64,000 nt of DNA. Origin: Escherichia coli (lineage in GTDB: Bacteria; Pseudomonadota; Gammaproteobacteria; Enterobacterales; Enterobacteriaceae). Every line of letters starts with the position of its first letter. Position 1 is the first letter of the stretch. The stretch lies in the NCBI RefSeq assembly GCF_003790525.1, contig NZ_CP033635.1; one strand, 5' to 3'. This document shows, one piece after another, positions 59,662 to 64,000 of this stretch. The translations under genes and the position numbers were made by a program. The notes beneath the pieces were generated by a model, which worked only from the letters and a program-made list of their open reading frames with translations, did no database searches and had not been told where the DNA came from.

Positions 59662-60945
59662 ATGAGTGAAACACGCTTTCATGGTGCGCGCGTAAGGGAA
59701 AGTACCGGCCTTGCCACCGCCATTAATGATGTGGATTCCAGTGTTATTGGTATTGTGGCTACGGCAGATGACGCGGATGAAACTCTGTTCCCGCTGAACA
59801 AACCCACACTGCTGACCCGCGTCAGTGATGTGCTGGGTAAGGCCGGCACAAAGGGGACGCTTTACAAATCGCTTAAGGCTGTCGCCGACCAGGTGAGCAC
59901 GAAGGTGATTGTGGTGCGCGTTCCTGATGCCAGTTCTCAGGGCGCCCCGGATACAGGAGTTACATCATTCGGTCATCTGGATCCTGAAGACAGGGCATTT
60001 TTTGGTATTGATGAGTCTGAAGATGCACATCCTGTATACCCACACAAAACGCAGGACCAGTATGTCATTGGTGGCACGGATGGCGACGGTAATTATACCG
60101 GTATGTATGCACTTCTGATAGCTGAACAGGATGATGCCATCGGTTACCGTCCGCGCATCATCGCAGCTCCCGGACTGGATACTGAAGCTGTCACAAAATC
60201 CCTGTGTGTAATTGCAGAAAAACTTCGCGCATTTGTCTACGCGGGCTGTCACAACTGCAAGAAGCCCGCCGATGCAATCAGCTACCGCGCCAGATTTAAC
60301 GAGCGCGAACTTATGCTGGTCTGGCCGGACTTCATCGCCCATAACCCGAAATCCGGCGCTAATGAGGTCTTCCCGGCTGTGGCGTACGCCTGCGGTTTAC
60401 GTGCACGTATTGACCACGAACAGGGCTGGCATAAATCGCTGTCCAACGTGCCGGTAAGAAATGTGCTGGGTATTTCCAGCCCGGTGTTCTGGTCCCTTCA
60501 GTCCGAAGACAGCGATGCCAACAATCTCAACAACAAGGAAATCACTACCATCATTTGCCGTAACGGTTTCCGCTTCTGGGGCAACCGTACGCCGGAAACG
60601 AAGGCGTATATCTTTGAGGTGTACACGCGAACCGCTCAGGTGCTGGCTGATTCCATTGCGGAAGCGCAGTTTGAAACGATTGATGCCCCGCTGACCCCTG
60701 CTAATGTGAAAGACGTGTTAAGCGCAATTCGCGCAAAACTGGATGCGCTGGTTACGTCAGGACGTCTCATTGGTGCGGAGTGCTGGTATGACGTGGTGGA
60801 TAACAGCACCACGGAACTTCGTCAGGGACGCGTGCGTATCCGCTACAAGTACACGCCCGTTCCGCCGCTTGAGGATATGGAACTTTACCAGGCGTTTACT
60901 GATGAATTCTTTGGTCCTGCATTTGCGACGCTTGGAGGTGCTTAA
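59662..60945 (+). CDS. Contractile tail sheath protein (P2 FI-like)
   Basis: ...ETLFPLNKP...KLRAF...RELMLVWPDF...RIDHEQGWHKSLSNV...GFRFWGNRT...YTRTAQVLAD...YTPVPPLE collinear with P2 FI. Confidence 0.85.
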   Translation: MSETRFHGARVRESTGLATAINDVDSSVIGIVATADDADETLFPLNKPTLLTRVSDVLGKAGTKGTLYKSLKAVADQVSTKVIVVRVPDASSQGAPDTGVTSFGHLDPEDRAFFGIDESEDAHPVYPHKTQDQYVIGGTDGDGNYTGMYALLIAEQDDAIGYRPRIIAAPGLDTEAVTKSLCVIAEKLRAFVYAGCHNCKKPADAISYRARFNERELMLVWPDFIAHNPKSGANEVFPAVAYACGLRARIDHEQGWHKSLSNVPVRNVLGISSPVFWSLQSEDSDANNLNNKEITTIICRNGFRFWGNRTPETKAYIFEVYTRTAQVLADSIAEAQFETIDAPLTPANVKDVLSAIRAKLDALVTSGRLIGAECWYDVVDNSTTELRQGRVRIRYKYTPVPPLEDMELYQAFTDEFFGPAFATLGGA

Positions 60946-61463
60946 TGGCCGTACCAAAAAATCTCAGGGTGTTCACGCTGTTTACTGACGGGGTGAACCA
61001 GATTGGCAGGGTGACCGGCTTCACGCCCCCCAAACTGACCCGTAAAACGGAAGCCTATCGCGGTGGTGGTATGGCCGGCGCGGTGAATATCGACCTTGGT
61101 CTGGATGACGGCGCGCTGGATGCGAGTTTCACCATGGGCGGGCCGACCCGCGAACTGTTCCTTAAGTACGGCGGCACGATCGACGGTACGCTGCTGCGCT
61201 TTGTCGGTGAGTACTACAACGATGAAGAGCAGAGCGACCTGTATGAAATTGAGCTTCGCGGCCGCGTGACGGAAATTGATACGGGGGAGGCAAAACAGGG
61301 TGAGGTCACGTCTCACACCTATGCGGTCAGGAGTACCTACTACAAACTCAGCATTAACGACCGTCCGGTGCTGGAGATTGATTTACTGAACCACATCGAA
61401 CGCAAGGACGGCAAAAACGTCTTCCCGGACCGCGTGCGCTCGGCGATTGGTCTTGGTGGTTAA
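60945..61463 (+). CDS. Tail tube protein (P2 FII-like)
   Basis: ...PPKLTRKTEAYRGGGMAGAVNIDLGLDDGALD...EIDTGEAKQGE...; ATG overlaps the FI stop (TAATG). Confidence 0.85.
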   Translation: MAVPKNLRVFTLFTDGVNQIGRVTGFTPPKLTRKTEAYRGGGMAGAVNIDLGLDDGALDASFTMGGPTRELFLKYGGTIDGTLLRFVGEYYNDEEQSDLYEIELRGRVTEIDTGEAKQGEVTSHTYAVRSTYYKLSINDRPVLEIDLLNHIERKDGKNVFPDRVRSAIGLGG

Positions 61464-61513
61464 TGTTTCCCACGGCGGCGCGCGGCGTCGCCCCCTGATT
61501 TGAGGTTTTATGC

Positions 61514-61876
61514 ATGAAAGAAAATCCGGTTGTTGCCCCTGTTACTGACGGTGCTGATGCGGCGGACGTGACCAGTGAGCGCGGCGTGACGCTGAAAACG
61601 CCCCTTGTGCTCGGTAACAAAAAAATCACGTATGTGGAAATCACGCCTGCTGTACAGCAGGCCGGTTCACTGCGCGGGCTGTCACTGCTTGACGTGCTGA
61701 ACATGAAAACGGACGCGATGTTTGAGTTACTCCCGCGCGTCACTTCGCCGCGACTGGACGAGGTTCTGCTTAAGCGCATGGGGTCCGCTGATTTTATTCA
61801 GCTGTGCGGGGTGGCGGTTAATTTTTTGGCCGGTCAGGACTCTGGCGGGAAGAGCGGGGCGGCGACGGCAGGCTGA
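61514..61876 (+). CDS. Tail assembly chaperone (P2 E-like); a -1 frameshift at TTTTTTG would give an E'-like product ending at 62040
   Basis: Position between tube and tape-measure genes; slippery TTTTTTG at 61823-61829; -1 frame open to 62040 (...ITVVPFEHIEDFVADIAVIFNWSPAEIF...). Confidence 0.65.
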   Translation: MKENPVVAPVTDGADAADVTSERGVTLKTPLVLGNKKITYVEITPAVQQAGSLRGLSLLDVLNMKTDAMFELLPRVTSPRLDEVLLKRMGSADFIQLCGVAVNFLAGQDSGGKSGAATAG

Positions 61877-62026
61877 TAACCGTCGTGCCCTTTGAGCACA
61901 TTGAAGACTTTGTGGCGGATATCGCCGTTATTTTCAACTGGTCTCCCGCTGAAATCTTCCTGATGGATCCCGGCGAGGTGGTCGCCTGGCGTGAGCGGGC
62001 GGCCCTTCGCAGCGGGAACGCAGAGC

Positions 62027-64000
62027 ATGAAAACGCTTGATATACGGGTCGCCTTCAGCGCTGTTGACAGGCTGACCCGTCCCACCGAAAACGCCCGTCG
62101 CATGATGGGCCAGCTTGGCGACTCCATACAGAGAACGCAGGGTGCGATCAAAAACCTGGAACGCTACGCCCGTTCATTTGATCGCGCCCGCGAGGCTGCA
62201 AACAAGGCCGGAAACGGCATTGTCAGGGCGCAACGCCAGTTAAGCGCACTTCAGCAAATTCAGCGCGCCGGAACCGTGCTGTCTGACAAACAGAAAAAGC
62301 TGATGAACGATTTGAGCCTCAAACTTGAGCGTCTCAATGAGGTCCGTGCGCGTGAAGTTCAGCGAATGCGCGAACTGGGTGGTGAGCTGCGGCGCCACGG
62401 TATTGCGCTTTCCGGCAGTGACAACACCATTCAACAGGCCATACGGCGAACACAGCAATACAACGACCAGCTGGAACGCGAACGGCAGGCGCTGGCACGT
62501 GTCACGCAGGCACGCCAGCAATATTCCCGTGCTCAGGAGACGGCGGGAAAACTTAAAACGGTCGGACTTACGGCGGTTGGTACGGCGGCGGCAGGCGGCT
62601 ATGCGGCCGGACGTTTCCTGCAACCGGCGGTCAGTTTTGGTAAGGAGATGTCACGCGTCCAGGCGCTGACCCGTATTGACAAAAACAGTCCGCAGTTTAA
62701 GGCGCTGCGCGAACAGGCCATTAAGCTGGGCTCTGAAACGCAGTTTACCGCCGGTGATGCTGCCAGCGGTCAGGCGTTCCTTGCCATGGCCGGCTTCACA
62801 CCACAGGCCATACAGGCGGCGCTACCCGGCGTGCTTGATCTGGCAATGGCTGCAGGGATGGACCTGGGACAGACTGCCGATATCAGTTCGAATATCCTCA
62901 CACAGTTTGGTCTGTCCGCTGACCAGATGGATCGCGTGGGTGACACGCTGGCCGCCACCTTCACACGAACCAATACGGATCTCCGTTCACTGGGTGAAAC
63001 CATGAAGTACACGGGTCCGGTTGCAGCTTCACTTGGCCTGTCCCTTGAACAGGCGGCAGCCATGACGGGTGTCCTTGGCAGTGTGGGGATCCGTGGAAGT
63101 GATGCAGGTACGGCGCTGCGTGCCAGTCTGTCACGTCTGGTTGATCCGCCGAAGGCCGCTGCAATGGCACTGAAAGAGCTTGGCGTGGAGACGCAGAATG
63201 CTTACGGGAACATGCGCCGGATGGAAAATATCCTGAATGAGCTGTACCAGGCCACCCGAAAATACGGTAATGCCGCGCAGGTCTCCTTTTTCAGGGCTAT
63301 TGCCGGGCAGGAGTCCTATGTTTCCCTGATGAATCTTGTCACTGCGGCGGGGGAAAATAATCTTCCCCGTCTTACGCAGGAGATTGAACTGGCCACCGGG
63401 GAACTTAATCACACTGCCCGTGTTATGGCTGATAACCTGGACGGTGACCTGAAATCACTGAACAGCGCATGGGAAGGACTGCGTATCCGTGTCGCTGACC
63501 TCGTTGACGGGCCGCTGCGTTCTGTCACGCAGTCGTTCACCCGGGTTATTGCGAAAGTCACCGCGCTGGCTCAGGCGCACCCTGAACTGACAAAACAACT
63601 GCTGATTGCCGGTGGTGTACTGCTGGCTGCGGTTGCGGCCATGGGGGCGCTGTCACTTGCCACTGGTGTGTTGATGGGGCCGCTGGCAAAACTGCGTCTT
63701 GGGTTTGCCCTGCTGACCGGCACATCCGGCCTCGGTCGTGCGCTGCCGTTACTGACGCAGCTGCGCGGCGTACTCGGTGGTCCGCTGGGCGGTATCGGTG
63801 GCTGGCGCGTGCTGTTTGTCGGTATCACCTCCGGTGCCGGACGGTTTGCTGCACTGCTGGGCGTAGTTGCGGGGCGGCTTCGTGGTGTGCAGGCGGGACT
63901 TGGCGCGCTGCGTGGTGGTCTGCTGGCTGCGTTCACTTCACCTGGCGGCGCACTGATTTCACTGGGGCGCGGTATCGGAATACTGGCGCTCAGACTGTCA
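62027..64000 (+). CDS. Tail tape-measure protein (P2 T-like); 3' end lies outside the window
   Basis: Hand-translated frame open from ATG 62027 to the window end (MKTLDIRVAFSAVDRL...); coiled-coil N-terminus and Gly/Ala-rich hydrophobic segments; absent from the ORF track because no stop lies in the window. Confidence 0.7.
   Translation, partial: MKTLDIRVAFSAVDRLTRPTENARRMMGQLGDSIQRTQGAIKNLERYARSFDRAREAANKAGNGIVRAQRQLSALQQIQRAGTVLSDKQKKLMNDLSLKLERLNEVRAREVQRMRELGGELRRHGIALSGSDNTIQQAIRRTQQYNDQLERERQALARVTQARQQYSRAQETAGKLKTVGLTAVGTAAAGGYAAGRFLQPAVSFGKEMSRVQALTRIDKNSPQFKALREQAIKLGSETQFTAGDAASGQAFLAMAGFTPQAIQAALPGVLDLAMAAGMDLGQTADISSNILTQFGLSADQMDRVGDTLAATFTRTNTDLRSLGETMKYTGPVAASLGLSLEQAAAMTGVLGSVGIRGSDAGTALRASLSRLVDPPKAAAMALKELGVETQNAYGNMRRMENILNELYQATRKYGNAAQVSFFRAIAGQESYVSLMNLVTAAGENNLPRLTQEIELATGELNHTARVMADNLDGDLKSLNSAWEGLRIRVADLVDGPLRSVTQSFTRVIAKVTALAQAHPELTKQLLIAGGVLLAAVAAMGALSLATGVLMGPLAKLRLGFALLTGTSGLGRALPLLTQLRGVLGGPLGGIGGWRVLFVGITSGAGRFAALLGVVAGRLRGVQAGLGALRGGLLAAFTSPGGALISLGRGIGILALRLS

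Larger units (their letters stand above)
58114..64000 (+). mobile_element. P2-like prophage, tail/late-control module; continues beyond the window
   Basis: ogr, D, FI, FII, E/E', T homologues. Confidence 0.75.

Noticed and set aside
62240-63936. Multiple 90-130 aa ORFs in alternative frames of the tape-measure region
   Set aside because: They are shadow ORFs of the GC-rich tape-measure gene, whose frame is open from 62027 to the window end.

Overview
The window reads as Escherichia coli chromosome with a K-12-like core carrying three accessory insertions and one rearrangement junction. Gene identities come from reading the translated ORFs against remembered protein families; no database search was run, and K-12 map positions are from memory. 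(1) 1-16.6 kb: cirA(partial)-yeiG-folE-yeiB-galS-mglBAC-preA-preT-yeiS-sanA-cdd-yohK-yohJ-dusC, reverse-complemented relative to K-12. (2) 16.7-18.1 kb: an IS110-family insertion sequence (DEDD transposase with a long 3' non-coding tail) sitting exactly where synteny jumps from the dusC region to the aqpZ region. (3) 18.3-54.4 kb: aqpZ-ybjD-ybjX-macAB-cspD / clpS-clpA-serW-infA-aat-cydCD-trxB-lrp-ftsK-lolA-rarA-serS, interrupted between cspD and clpS by a ~10.4 kb phage-satellite island (PICI/P4-like) bounded by 24-bp direct repeats. The island carries integrase, AlpA, a P4-family primase with an iteron origin, an SSB-like protein, a ProQ/FinO-domain protein, a lambda-like cos site and a Nu1-like small terminase. 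(4) 54.4-58.1 kb: the most unusual stretch, a decaying tandem array of modules built from a small basic protein gene, a Hok-family type I toxin gene on the opposite strand (one intact, one with ATG->ATA), a ~170-bp structured non-coding element in four copies, and eight copies of a near-identical hairpin. (5) 58.1-64.0 kb: part of a P2-like prophage (ogr, D, FI sheath, FII tube, E/E', T tape measure) in which D-ogr lie head-to-head with FI rather than downstream of T.
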